Assembly: GCF_018977255.1 (NCBI RefSeq)
Contig: NW_024705477.1
Coordinates: 1-41,346 of the forward strand
DNA length: 41,346 nt
Reading direction: 5' to 3'
From: Callorhinchus milii
Lineage: Eukaryota
The notes beneath the pieces were generated by a model. It was not told the DNA's origin. It worked only from the letters and a program-made list of their open reading frames with translations, and did no database searches. Positions 11,342-21,897 of this stretch are shown here, piece by piece. Each line of letters opens with the position of its first letter. Position 1 is the stretch's first letter. The position numbers were made by a program, and so were the translations under genes.

Positions 11342-12935
11342 ACTTTCTCTCTCGCTATCTATGTTCACTTGATCTTCCCTCACTCTCTCTTCCATTTCTC
11401 CTTCCCTCACTCTCTCTTCCCTTTCTCCTTCCATCACTCTCTCTTCCCCTTCTCCTTCCCTCTCTGTCTCTTCCCTTTCTCCTTCCCTCACTCTTTCTTC
11501 CCTTTCTCCTTCCCTCACTCTCTCTTCCATTTCTCCTTCACTCACTCTCTCTTCCATTTCTCCTTCCCTCACTCTCTCTTCCCTTTCTCCTTCCCTCACT
11601 CTCTCTTCCCTTTCTCCTTCCCTCACTCGCTCTTCCATTTCTCCTTCTCTCACTCTCTCTTCCCTTACTCCTTCCCTCACTCTCTCTCTTCCCTTTCTCC
11701 TTCCATCACTCGCTCTTCCCTTACTCCTTCCCGCACTCTCTCTTCCATTTCTCCTTCCCTCACTTTCTCTTCCCTTTCTCCTTCCCTCACTCGCTCTTCC
11801 GTTTCTCCTTCTCTCACTCTCTCTTCCCTTACTCCTTCTCTCACTCTCTCTTCCCTTTCTCCTTCCCTCACTCTCTCTTCCCTTTCTCCTTCCCTCACTC
11901 TCTCTTCCCTTTCTCCTTCCCTCACTCTCTCTTCCATTTCTCCTTCCCTCACTCTCTCTTCCCTTTCTCCTTCCCTCACTCTCTCTTCCCCTTCTCCTTC
12001 CCTCTCTGTCTCTTCCCTTTCTCCTTCCCTCACTCTCTCTTCGCTTTCTCCTTCCCTCACTCTTTCTTCCCTTTCTCCTTCCCTCACTCTCTCTTCCCTT
12101 TCTCCTTCCCTCACTCTCTCTTCCCTTTCTCCTTCCCTCACTCTCTCTTCCCTTTCTCCTACCCTCACTCTCTCTTCACTTTCTCCTTCCCTCACTCTCT
12201 CTTCCCTTTCGCCTTTCCTCTCTCACTCCTCACTTCCTTCTTCCCTCTCTCTGTTTCGCTTGAATTTCTATTACTCCCTCTCCTCTCCCTCTCTCTCTTC
12301 TCTCGCTATCTATGTTCACATGTTCTTCCCTTTCTTTTTCTTCACTTTTTCTTCCCGCTCTCTCTTCCCTTTCTCCTTCCCTCACTCTCTCTTCCCTTTC
12401 TCCTTCCCTCACTCGCTCTTCCGTTTCTCCTTCCCTCACTCTCTCTTCCCTTTCTCCTTCCCTCACTCTCTCTTCCCTTTCTCCTTCCCTCACTCTCTCT
12501 TCGCTTTCTCCTTCCCTCACTCTCTCTTTCCTTTCTCCTTCCCTCACTCTCTCTTCACTTTCTCCTTCCCTCACTCTCTCTTTCCTTTCTCCTTCCCTCA
12601 CTCTCTCTTCACTTTCTCCTTCCCTCACACTCTCTTCCCTTTCTCCTTCCATCACTCTCTCTTCCCCTTCTCCTTCCCTCACTCTCTCTTCCCTTTCTCC
12701 TTCCCTCACTCGCTCTTCCGTTTCTCCTACCCTCTCCGTCTCTTCCCTTTCTCCTTCCCTCACTCTCTCTTCGCTTTCTCCTTCCCTCACTCTCTCTTCG
12801 CTTTCTCCTTCCCTCACTCTCTCTTCCCTTTCTCCTTCACTCACTCTCTCTTCCATTTCTCCTTTCCTCGCTCTCTCTTCCCTTTCTCCTTTCCTCGCTC
12901 TCTCTTCAACTTTCTCCTTCCCTCTCTCTCTTTGT
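7956..12935. repeat. ~5-kb polypyrimidine minisatellite, 27-nt unit CCCTCACTCTCTCTTCCCTTTCTCCTT, with a recurring higher-order spacer block
   Basis: Almost entirely C/T on the plus strand. 9-aa periodic pseudo-translations (FPHSLFPFS). The spacer gtttcgcttgactttctattcc...gctatctatgttcac recurs several times. Confidence 0.95.
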
Positions 12936-12950
12936 CTTCAGTTTCTGCTC

Positions 12951-14355
12951 ACAACAACAACAACAACAACAAAATCGCATTTATAGGGAAATGGTCAGGG
13001 GGAGGGAGGGAGCGAGAAGGAGGGGAATGGTCAGGGGGGGAGGGAGCGAGGAGGAGGGCAATGGTCAGGGGGAGGGAGGGAGCGAGAAGGGGGGGAATGG
13101 TCAGGGTGAGGGGAGGGGAATGAGGGAGCGAGGATGGGGGGATAATAATAATAATAATAATAATCCTCGCATTTGATATAGCGCTTCTCACGTCGGGCGG
13201 ACGTCCCAAAGCGCTTCACAGAACACACTGTAAAGTGAATTGACTGTATATTTGTGGGCGAACGCGGCAGCCAATTGCGCACAGCAATGTCCCACAAACA
13301 GTCGTAGATTGAAAATGACCAATTTATTATTGTTTTTGGCTTTGGAGGGATTATTATTAGGCTCTGTGTGGAGTAAGGAAACTTGCCCGAGGTTTGGCCC
13401 TCTGCCTGGAATTGAACTCAGGTCTCTCACTTGCAAAGCGAGTGCTCTAACCACTGAGCTACAGGACTCCACTGGGAAATGGTCAGTGTGAGGGGAGGGA
13501 AGAGAGGGAGAGAGGAGGGTGGAGATTGTCAGGGTGAGGGGAGGGAGGGAGCGAGGAGGGGGCAGATGGTCAGAGTGAGTGGAAGGAAGGGAGGGAGTGA
13601 GTAGGTATTAATGGTCAGCGTGAAGGGAGGGAAGGGAGGAGCGAGGAGTGGGGGGAATGGTGAGGGTTAGGGGAGGGAAGGGAGGAGCGAGGGTTAGGGG
13701 AGGGAGGGAGCGAGGAGGGGGGTGAATGGTGAGGTGAGGGAGGGAGCGAGGAGGAGGAAGATGGTCAGGGTGAGGGGAGGGGAGAGGGAGGGAGCGAGGA
13801 AGGGGGAAATGTTCAGGGTGAGTGGAGGGGAGGGAGGGAGTGAGGAGGAGGAAGATGGTGAGGGTGAGGGGAGGGAGGGAGCGAGGAAGGGGGAATGTTC
13901 AGGGTGAGTGGAGGGGAGGGAGGGAGTGAGGAGGGGGGAAATGGTGAGGGTGAGGGGAGGGAGGGAGTGAGGAGGGCGAAGATGGTCATGGTGAGGGGAG
14001 GGAGGGAGGGAGCGAGGAGGGGGGAAATGGTCAGGGTGAGGGGAGGGAGGTGAGCGAGGAGGGCGAAATGGTCAGGGTGAGGGGAGGAAGGAGGGGGAGC
14101 GAGGAGGGGGGAGATGGTCAGGGTGAGGGAGGGAAGGGAGGAGCGAGGAGGGGGGAATTGTCAGGGTGAGGGATGGAAGGAGGGGGCGAGAGGGGGTAAA
14201 TGATCAGGGTGAGGGAGAGGGAGGGAGGAGCGAGGAGGGGGGAAATGGTCAGGGTGAGGGAGGGGAGGGAGGGAGCGAGGAGGGGGTAATGGTCAGGGTG
14301 AGGGGAGGGAAGGGAGGGAGCGAGGAGGGGGGAGGTGGTCAGGGGGAGGGGATGG
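12951..14355 (-). mobile_element. L2 3' region: (CAA)n tail plus expanded, decayed ~46-nt minisatellite, with a nested SINE
   Basis: Begins with (aca)n and catttatag, then many ggtcagggtgaggggaggg units matching the other L2 copies. Most of the terminal stem-loop is deleted. Confidence 0.8.
13142..13470 (-). mobile_element. Young tRNA-Ala-derived Deu-domain SINE (full length)
   Basis: Reverse complement has A box TAGCTCAGTGG, anticodon arm CTCGC-TTTGCAA-GTGAG, B box GAGTTCAATTC, Deu motif ttgctgtgcgcaattggctgccgcg, an L2-like tail and (ATT)n. Confidence 0.92.
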
Positions 14356-14879
14356 CAGGGATTGCCAGATGATTAATGATCCTGGAGTCGAGGATGGAGG
14401 AGGCCGTGTCCATTTTGTGTCATTCACAGAGGTGTGCAAATGAGAACCGAGAACGACAGTGGCAATTCCAAGCGCTCTGAGGCGCCATCCTGCGTGGAGA
14501 ACGCTATTGTGGCCCAACGTGCTTCGGTTGAACTTGACTCCATACTTCCTGATATCATCACCGAGCGGCAGATGCAGACACGGAGATACAGACAGTGAGA
14601 AAGTGAGACATATACAGGGCACAGGTACAGTGGGAGCTACAAAGGGAGACTCAGAGAAAGAGTTGCAAAGAGATGAGAGTCACCGTTAACAAGAAATAAA
14701 TTGTGGATGCGGGATAAACAAGCAACGTTCGGGGTGGACTCCCGGAATTAATTTGGGAAGCAATCAGGAAATATGCGTCTCGCGTAATGGTCAAGCAAAG
14801 GGAGACAAATCCAGGGACAGACCGACGGAGAAAGCGAATGACGACACCAAGAGGGAGAGAGAGGATTCCAGCATCTCAC

Positions 14880-14960
14880 TGGTGCTTTCCAGATTGGAGC
14901 GTCAACCCAGAGACTTCTGACTCGGAGGCGAGAGTGTTGCCACTGAACCAGACTGACATA
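14880..14960 (-). mobile_element. Old SacSINE1-like SINE head fragment
   Basis: Reverse complement gtcagtctggttcagtggcaacactctcgcctccgagtcagaag resembles the head at 7077. Confidence 0.5.
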
Positions 14961-15244
14961 CTTATGCATTGTGTTTGAAACCGCAATTTACATCACAATG
15001 TATGGACTGAAGGGGCATTCGTATTGGAATTGGGTGTTTTGCGCACAAAATGTAGAGTCAATTGTGTACAGTGTATTACGTGAAGGGGTTTAAGACGTCC
15101 GAAAGCTGCAAATATTACTAATATGGGGTTTTACTCTCTCTTGCAATCATTTTCTGATCAGTTGGTTGATATCCAACAGTACCTCAGCACGCACACTGGG
15201 GTCCAAAAACATTGATCCGTAGCGTCCTGAACCCAATTCTCTCA

Positions 15245-15420
15245 AGAACTAAAAACAAAAGCAGAGAGAGCTGGGAAACTCAGCAGGTTTCCTCCCTGTA
15301 ATTTACTCCCCTGTAGAAAAAGGGGCAAAAGCATAAACCTGGAGACTATCGGCCAGTCAGCATCTATTGAGAAAGGAAAGTGAGTCCACGTTTCGTGTCC
15401 GCGAACCTTCGTCAGAACTG
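15245..15420 (-). mobile_element. Probable Penelope-like element terminal-repeat relic with a degenerate hammerhead ribozyme core
   Basis: Minus strand CTGACGA-aggttcgcggacac-GAAACGT...agatgctg...acctgctgagtttcccagc. CUGANGA and GAAA are the hammerhead core boxes. Confidence 0.5.
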
Positions 15421-15902
15421 AGCCAAGAGCAAATGGATGACTCAAGACAGGGAGAAGTTGTCAATAACATTTTCGTTGGGTACACAACGTTCAAAGGACG
15501 AGACAGACGTTTATGTTGTCTTCAAACACGATCCAGACGCAGCCAAAGCCAGAATGTCGGCGGAGAAGGCAGAGAAATTGGATTCGATCAGAATAAACCG
15601 AGAGGAGGCACTCAAAACTTTTATTGCGCTGAAGGTAGACAAGTCGTCTTGTCCAACCAGGTGAGTATTTGGTTATTTAGGGAAGGAATGGTGCAAATAA
15701 TGGAGGCTCCGCGAACAATTTTTCAATTCCACTTGGACACTGAGTTTATGCCAGAGGACTGGCGTGTTGGAAGTTTACTCCCCTGTAGAAAAAGGGGCAA
15801 AAGCATAAACCTGGAGACTATCGGCATAACGTCAGTCGTGTGAAATTTCTACACAATGGACTCCGGGATAAAATACAATTTTATTCCGAAAAATATGGGT
15901 TA

Positions 15903-15905
<3 letters not shown>

Positions 15906-15934
<29 letters not shown>

Positions 15935-16660
15935 GATTCCATTTATAGAGCGCCTTTCACGTCAGGAGGACGTCCCGAGGCGCTGCACAGTTGGGTCATG
16001 ACCCGAGCAGGGGGGAAATGGTCAGGGTGAGGGGAAGGAAGGGAGGGAGAGAGGAGGGGGGAAATGGTCAGGGTGAGGGGAGGGAGGGAGGGAGCGAGGA
16101 GGGGGGAAATGGTCAGGGTGAGGGAAGGGAGGGAGCGAGGAGGGGGGAAATGGTCAGGGTGAGGGGAAGGAAGGGAGGGAGCGAGGAAGGGGAGATGGTC
16201 AGGGTGAGGGGAGGGGAGGGAGGGAGCGAGGAGGGGGGAAATGGTCAGGGTGAGGGGAGGGAAGGGAGGGAGCGAGGAGGGGGGGATGGTCAGGGTGAGG
16301 GGAGGGAAGGGAGGGAGCGAGGAGGGGGGAAATGGTCAGGGTGAGGGGAAGGAAGGGAGGGAGCGAGGAAGGGGAGATGGTCAGGGTGAGGGGAGGGAAG
16401 GGAGGGAGCGAGGAGGAGGAAGAGAGTCGAGAGTGGAGCTGAAGGCTGAAGGTCAAAGAGAAAGGTTTTGAGACCGGCCTTGAAGGAGGAGAGGGAGGAA
16501 GCGGCGAAGGCACTGGGGATGGAGTTCCAGAGCCTCGGGGCTGAGAGGCTGAAGGCCCGACCACCGATGGTAGGGCGTTTGGGGCGGGGGACGTGGAGCA
16601 GACCGGAGCCAGAGGAACGGAGGGTACGGGCAGGTAGGGAGGGGGACAGTAGGTTGGAGA
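15906..16660 (-). mobile_element. Young 5'-truncated L2 LINE (ORF2 C-terminus, 9-unit minisatellite, stem-loop, (TTG)n tail)
   Basis: Minus-strand ORF SNLLSPSLPARTLRSSGSGLLHVPRP...GGRAFSLSAPRLWNSIP...FKAGLKTFLF, a typical L2 ORF2 end. Confidence 0.92.
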
Positions 16661-17252
16661 GGGCAGCCAACACGGATTTGTTGACTGTAAATCATATCTA
16701 ACAAACTTGATCGAACATTTTTGACGAAGTAACCGAGATTGTGGATGGAGGTTAGGCAGTTGACCAAGTTTAGATGGATTCTCAAAAGGCGCTTCACAAC
16801 TTGCCACAGAGCAGACTTGTGGGCAAAATAGAGGTCCACGTTGTTAAAGGGACAGCGACAGTATGGATACGGATCTTCTTGGGAAACAAAGAGAATACAG
16901 TTGTGATACTTGTTTTTCTGACTCGAGGGAAGTGTGCAGCTGTGTCCCCCAGAGGTCCGCATTGGGACCGCTTCTGCTTTTGATCTCTATACATGACTTG
17001 GACTTGGGCAAAGGGAGTAGGATTTCCAAACTCAACCATGACATTTAGCGAGGAAAAGTAGTAGAGAGTGAGGAGTGTAGGAGTAGAATACAAGACGACC
17101 CCCGGACAGAATTGCAAAATGGGAAGACACATGGCAGGTGAAATTTCGTGCGGCGAAATGCGAAATGATGCATTTGGGGAGCGAGATTGAAAAGAGGCAA
17201 TATCAGCGAGATCGTATCATCCTAAAGTCGGATCCTAATCCTAATCCTAATC

Positions 17253-17587
17253 GGAGTCCTGTAGCTCAGTGGTTAGAGCACTCGCTTTGCGAGCGAGAGA
17301 CCTGGGTTCACTTCCAGGCAGAGGGCGAAACCTTGGGCAAGTTTCCTTACTCCACACAGAGCCTAATAATAATCCCTCCAAAAAAAAAACCAAAANCAAT
17401 AATAAATTGGTCATTTTCAATCTACGACTGTTTGTGGGACACTGCTGTGCGCAATTGGCCGCCGCGTTCGCCCACAAATATACAGTCAATTCACTTTACA
17501 GTTGTTCTGTGAAGCGCTTTGGGATGTCCTCTCGACGTGAAAAGCGCTATATCAAATGCAAGGATTATTATTATTATTATTATTATT
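17253..17587 (+). mobile_element. Young tRNA-Ala-derived Deu-domain SINE
   Basis: ggagtcctgtagctcagtggttagagcactcgctttgcgagcgag head, Deu motif and (att)n tail. Putative TSD TAAAG at 17223-17227 and 17587-17591. Confidence 0.92.
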
Positions 17588-18279
17588 AAAGAGGGTGAAT
17601 GAACAGAGATACTGGGGTTCGGTGTAAGTAAATCTTTAAGGTAGCAGGACAGGCAGATAAAGCTGGTAAAAAGGATATGGCATACGAGACTCTATAAATC
17701 GGGACATAGACTACCAAATTCAGGAAGTTAAGATGAATCTTTATAAAACACTCGTGAGGACTCAGTTAGATCAGTTCTGGGCACCACAATTCAGGAAGGA
17801 TGTCAAGGCATTGGTGATGGAGCAAAGGAGGTTGATCAGGAAGATTCCAGGAATGAGGGAGTTGGGTAGCAGGAGAGGTTTGAGAAGCGAGGATTATTCT
17901 CCTCGAGATGGTTAAGACGGGACTGAGTGGAATTTTTCAACGCTATGAAGGAATTGGACAGGGTGAACAAAGAGAGAATATTTCCCCTGGTGGGTTGGTC
18001 GATGAACCGTGGACACCGCTCTAACACGTAACACATCTTATTTCTTCCTGCGCATCATTCTAACAATCCTACATTCAGAATTGGCTCTGAAGAAAAAGAG
18101 ATGGAACCGTCAGCGTCAGTCAACGAGAGCTGAAGAAACGAGCTCCGTAGCTTTTCAGTTCATGAGTATATTACTTATGTTTGAACAGGTTATGCAAGAT
18201 TGGCATTACACTCGTGCAGCGGATTAGAGTTCAGGGCCAGTGGTGAAGGCAATGCTGACCATCCTCACAGTGAGGTTAG

Positions 18280-18530
18280 TAACAATAACAACAACAACTT
18301 GCATTTATATACCACTCCTCATGCACGGAAGTACCCCAGAGTGCTTGATGATGCCCAGGCTGTGGGAGAGGAAAGATGGCTCCAGGCGTGGCCGAAGAGG
18401 AAGCTCTTGAGGCGCGACCTGAAAATAGGGAAGAAAGGGATATGGCGGAGGGATAGAGGGAATGCTCTGGAATTTCGGTACCGAGCGGCTGAAAGTGCAG
18501 CCAATGGGGATGGATATTAAAGCGCCAGCG
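18280..18530 (-). mobile_element. Older L2 3' end
   Basis: (aac)n ttgcatttatata tail. The minus frame has the decayed L2 end RNSRAFPLSLR...FRSRLKSFLF. Confidence 0.6.
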
Positions 18531-19734
18531 AGGAGTGTCATGAGCACAGGAGTTCTGCATTCAATGAGCTGCTATTGAGCCAATTCTTCTTCCCCACCTG
18601 AATGCTGCTAAATAATACGAATGCGTCCGCAGATTTTTTCCGTCAATGGTGGAAGAGTCCAACTCAGATACTTTCCCAGTTTCATCCTTCACCTGATGAT
18701 ACGTTTCTCAAAGATTGTTCTTCATCTTTGCTCACCAGAAGCTCACAGTTGGTCAGTTGGTTTTCAGATATAATAATAGACAAATCCCCCACTATCCAAT
18801 GCCACTTGTGCTGAATGCAATGGGGATGTCCGTTTTTTTTAAAAAAAAGATCACCGCCGCAACGCCGTGGTTAAATTCTTAGACACATTACATCTTCAGT
18901 GTTATTTGTATCAACCAAAGTGTTGCATCATAATGTGACAAACACAGCAGCAAAAACCAACAGTATTGATGTTGGGGTATTCAGAAGGTTCGCCTGGGAC
19001 TCAAACCCAAGTTCTCCTGTTTACGAGTGAGGCACTTTGCCACTTAATCCATGAAGCTGTTGTTTCGTTTCGTTTTTTTATTCTCCATTCAGAAGAGGGG
19101 TCGATTTCTCAAGCACCAGTTTGGTTTTGTTCCGTTACCATCTGCAGGTGAACTTTATTTTGATCATTGGGGAAATATTGCCCATAGTTTGGATGTGAAA
19201 CACATTGATCCTTCGTTATTGTTCCACGGTCGGTGATCTTGCAAAGGGCAATATCCCTTTACATTAAGACTCGCTAATGGGGGGAAACAGGGTATCAGGT
19301 AAGTGAGGTTTTGATCAGTTATCTATCCTCGGGAGTGCATCAGGAAGTGGTTGGTGTTATCCCATCGGAAACTCTTTGGTCTTGATTGAACTCTATATTT
19401 CTATACCGGATTCTTGGTTATTCTGGAGTACAGACCAGTCCAGTATCGCATGTAAAGTTTTCATTTAACCGCGTTGAGAATCCGATAGCTCCTATTATCG
19501 TGACTTGACCTATTCGGTTCAAGATCGTAGAACTCATGGTTGAGAATCATTTACAGATGTGTGTCGACTGGCAGGAACCAAAGCAAAACACTGTTATCTA
19601 CTTTTGCTTATCACAAGGCCATTTCTGGTCAAAAATCTAATATTCCCTCAAAAGGTTGGATACACGTTGATATTGAGAGCAAGAAAAACTGGTATCAAAT
19701 AAACCAGCAAAAGTGACAACTAAACATATTGTAG

Positions 19735-20155
19735 TAACATAAGAAGCTAAGAAATGCCAGAAGAGAATCAATAGGCCGCCAAGTTCATCTTCCAGTTTCC
19801 TGGCGGCCGCATTCACATATATCAAGAACTCCCTATGTACTGTTTCCCGTAATGCTATTTCGTCAAAGAAAACTGTCTCATCTGTGTCGGAAGGGATCAA
19901 AATTTTCTGCTTCAACGGTCTCCCTACGGAGCCTGTTCCACAGGTTTACTATTCGATCACTGAAATATTGTTCCAGTGGCGTCATTCTGGGTTTAATTTA
20001 CTTCATTCGCCGGACTTGTCCGCTGATTTTATCCTTCTGGACTCTTTGACATAGGGTGTCATTGTAAACATTTACAATGTTTAGCTACTTTTGAATCGTA
20101 CATTCAATCATATCGCTTCTCAATGTTTTCTTTTCCAGCGTGAACAATCCCAATT
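19735..20155 (-). mobile_element. Old CR1 3' end
   Basis: cataagaagctaagaaat tail-like start, gcctgttccacagg, and cttttccagcgtgaacaatccca, all characteristic of reverse CR1 C-terminal sequence. Confidence 0.55.
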
Positions 20156-20639
20156 ACGTGGGACTCACAGATGCAAACAGATAGAACAGTTATCTGCAAG
20201 AAACCAGGCATTATGGTAACGAAAAATACATTGTACATGTAGCATTATTTATATGATCAGCAACTAGACGAGTTCAGGAAAAATACGGATATATAAATAT
20301 AAAAATATATATATAAATTAACTGCAGACTTATACATCAATGTTTATTATTACATTATTATATAAAAGTAATACATTTACTGTAAGGTTGAATATCAGAG
20401 ACCAGATATGTGGCAATTGCTTGACAGGAGTGTTTAGACTGTGAGATCCCCGAACAAAGGATCCGAACCAAAATACTGTGAAACTGGGCTTGTGTCACCG
20501 TGAAGTCATTGGGGGCTTCTTCACACTGCAAACTGGATCTGTTGAAAGATGATTCAGAAATCGATAGACGGTGATAAAAATCCTTCCATGTGTTACAGCA
20601 CCTCATCACGTCTTCCAGACAAAAACAGACAACAATAAG

Positions 20640-20985
20640 TTCTGATTGTTCTGATCAGAAGGACATCTCAAAGTGCTTTACAGAACATGCAGCAAAGTGA
20701 ACCGACTGTACACAGTCTCACCGAAACGGGCCGCCATTTGAGCGCATCAGTGTCCCACCAGCTGTCCTGGGTTGACGGTCAAAATCATTATTATTTTATT
20801 TACTGATTTTGAAGTGATTATTTTCTCCCAGAAAACCAATACGCCAAGCGAAGATGTAGGTTCCCACTTAATGCTTGCTAAACAGAGGCGGTAAGAAACT
20901 TACAATGTTTTGCCCCCCCCCAGGAGGCAAACCCAAGTCGTTTCGTTTGTGCGTCTGCTGCTCTAACCACTCGTCTACAAGACTC
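20640..20985 (-). mobile_element. Decayed Deu-SINE copy
   Basis: aaagtgctttacagaaca...gtgtcccac...ctctaaccactcgtctacaagactcc aligns loosely with the young SINE. Confidence 0.55.
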
Positions 20986-21187
20986 CTGAAAACATCAACC
21001 TCCTGTAAAGAGTAGCCATTTGAAGAAGTCCTAACATACTAAGGAAAGTAGAAGTCCGTCATATAAAACGTCGCCGTGTTATTTGTCTGTGGCCGATTCA
21101 TAAATGAAACCTCATAAAAAATTACATCTGTGGAGAAATTTAGACGATATCAATATGATTTTAGCATGGCGAGTGTATTACATCAGG

Positions 21188-21511
21188 AATAATAATATAA
21201 TAATAATCCTTGCATTTGATACAGCGCTGTTCACGTCGGGTGGACGTCCCAAAGCGCTTCACAGAACACACTGTAAAGTGAATTGACTGTATATTTGTGG
21301 GCGAACGCGGCAGCCAATGGCGCACAGCAATGTCCCACAAACAGTCGTAGATTGAAAACGACCAATTTATTATTGTTTTGTTTTGAAGGGATTATTATTA
21401 GGCTCTGTGTGGAGTAAGGAAACTTGCCCGAGGTTTCGCCCTCTGCCTGGAATTGAACTCAGGTCTCTCGCTCGCAAAGCGAGTGCTCTAACCACTGAGC
21501 TACAGGACTCC
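21188..21511 (-). mobile_element. Young tRNA-Ala-derived Deu-domain SINE
   Basis: Near-identical to 13142-13470. Lies about 300 nt upstream of the GPCR start codon. Confidence 0.92.
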
Positions 21512-21815
21512 ACTGGACCAAAGTGTCGAGATAAAGATGGTAAAGTGCATCGGATCATTGCCGACATCTTATTTCTCATGTCGCCTCTGTTAAAACTTGT
21601 AAAAACATGTACAATTCCCTCATGATATTCTTTAGCAGCTGCTTTCGATTACTTTTTAATTGGACTATCATCATTATCAGCGATCACACCACCAAATTAA
21701 TCAACTGGGGAAATTCCTCTGCTATATTAATCCTTCTTTGATAGTGTCATCCAACAATTGAAGACAAAGCGTTTGTGATCAACACGACGACGACTCAGTA
21801 TCGTACTCAACAAAA

Positions 21816-21897
21816 ATGAAAGGAACTCAATTGAGTAAAATAATTATTCAGATAGAACTGATATACTACCCAATCGTTGCAGCTATTGGCGTTCCAG
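21816..21897 (+). CDS. GPR139/GPR142-like orphan GPCR, coding exon 1
   Basis: ATG at 21816, MKGTQLSKIIIQIELIYYPIVAAIGVP, then G|gtaagt donor. YYP...GVP followed by VN from exon 2 forms TM1 with the GxPxN motif. Confidence 0.88.

Larger units (their letters stand above)
15560..18030 (+). mobile_element. Old CR1 LINE ORF2 (RT and C-terminus), interrupted by an L2 (15906-16660) and a SINE (17253-17587)
   Basis: Decayed motifs in the expected order: LKVDKS, MPEDWR, PGDYR, GLI/SQHGF...LTNLI, MDSQKA, VPQRSALGPLL, MKFRAAKCEMMHLG, LYKTLVR...QFWAPQFRKDV. Many stops and frameshifts. Confidence 0.85.

Noticed and set aside
7776..13123. 1198-aa, 584-aa and other long Ser/Leu/Pro/Phe or Glu/Arg ORFs
   Set aside because: Artefacts of a stop-poor 27-nt C/T repeat. 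Several frames are open simultaneously and one spans an N gap.
13400..13470. tRNA-Ala(TGC) gene calls at SINE heads (also 17253, 21511, 23538, 36363, 39695)
   Set aside because: A/B boxes and the anticodon arm are present, but the acceptor stem is poor and each runs into a Deu domain and LINE-like tail. These are SINEs, not tRNA genes.
13031..13491. Recurrent ORFs such as MESCSSVVRALAL, MTVYLWANAAANC and MVRVRGG
   Set aside because: They recur only because they are translations of SINE and L2-minisatellite copies.
20343..20612. Possible minus-strand terminal exon with AATAAA near 20343
   Set aside because: Weak acceptor, no recognisable product and no upstream partner exon, in an AT-rich context where AATAAA is expected by chance.
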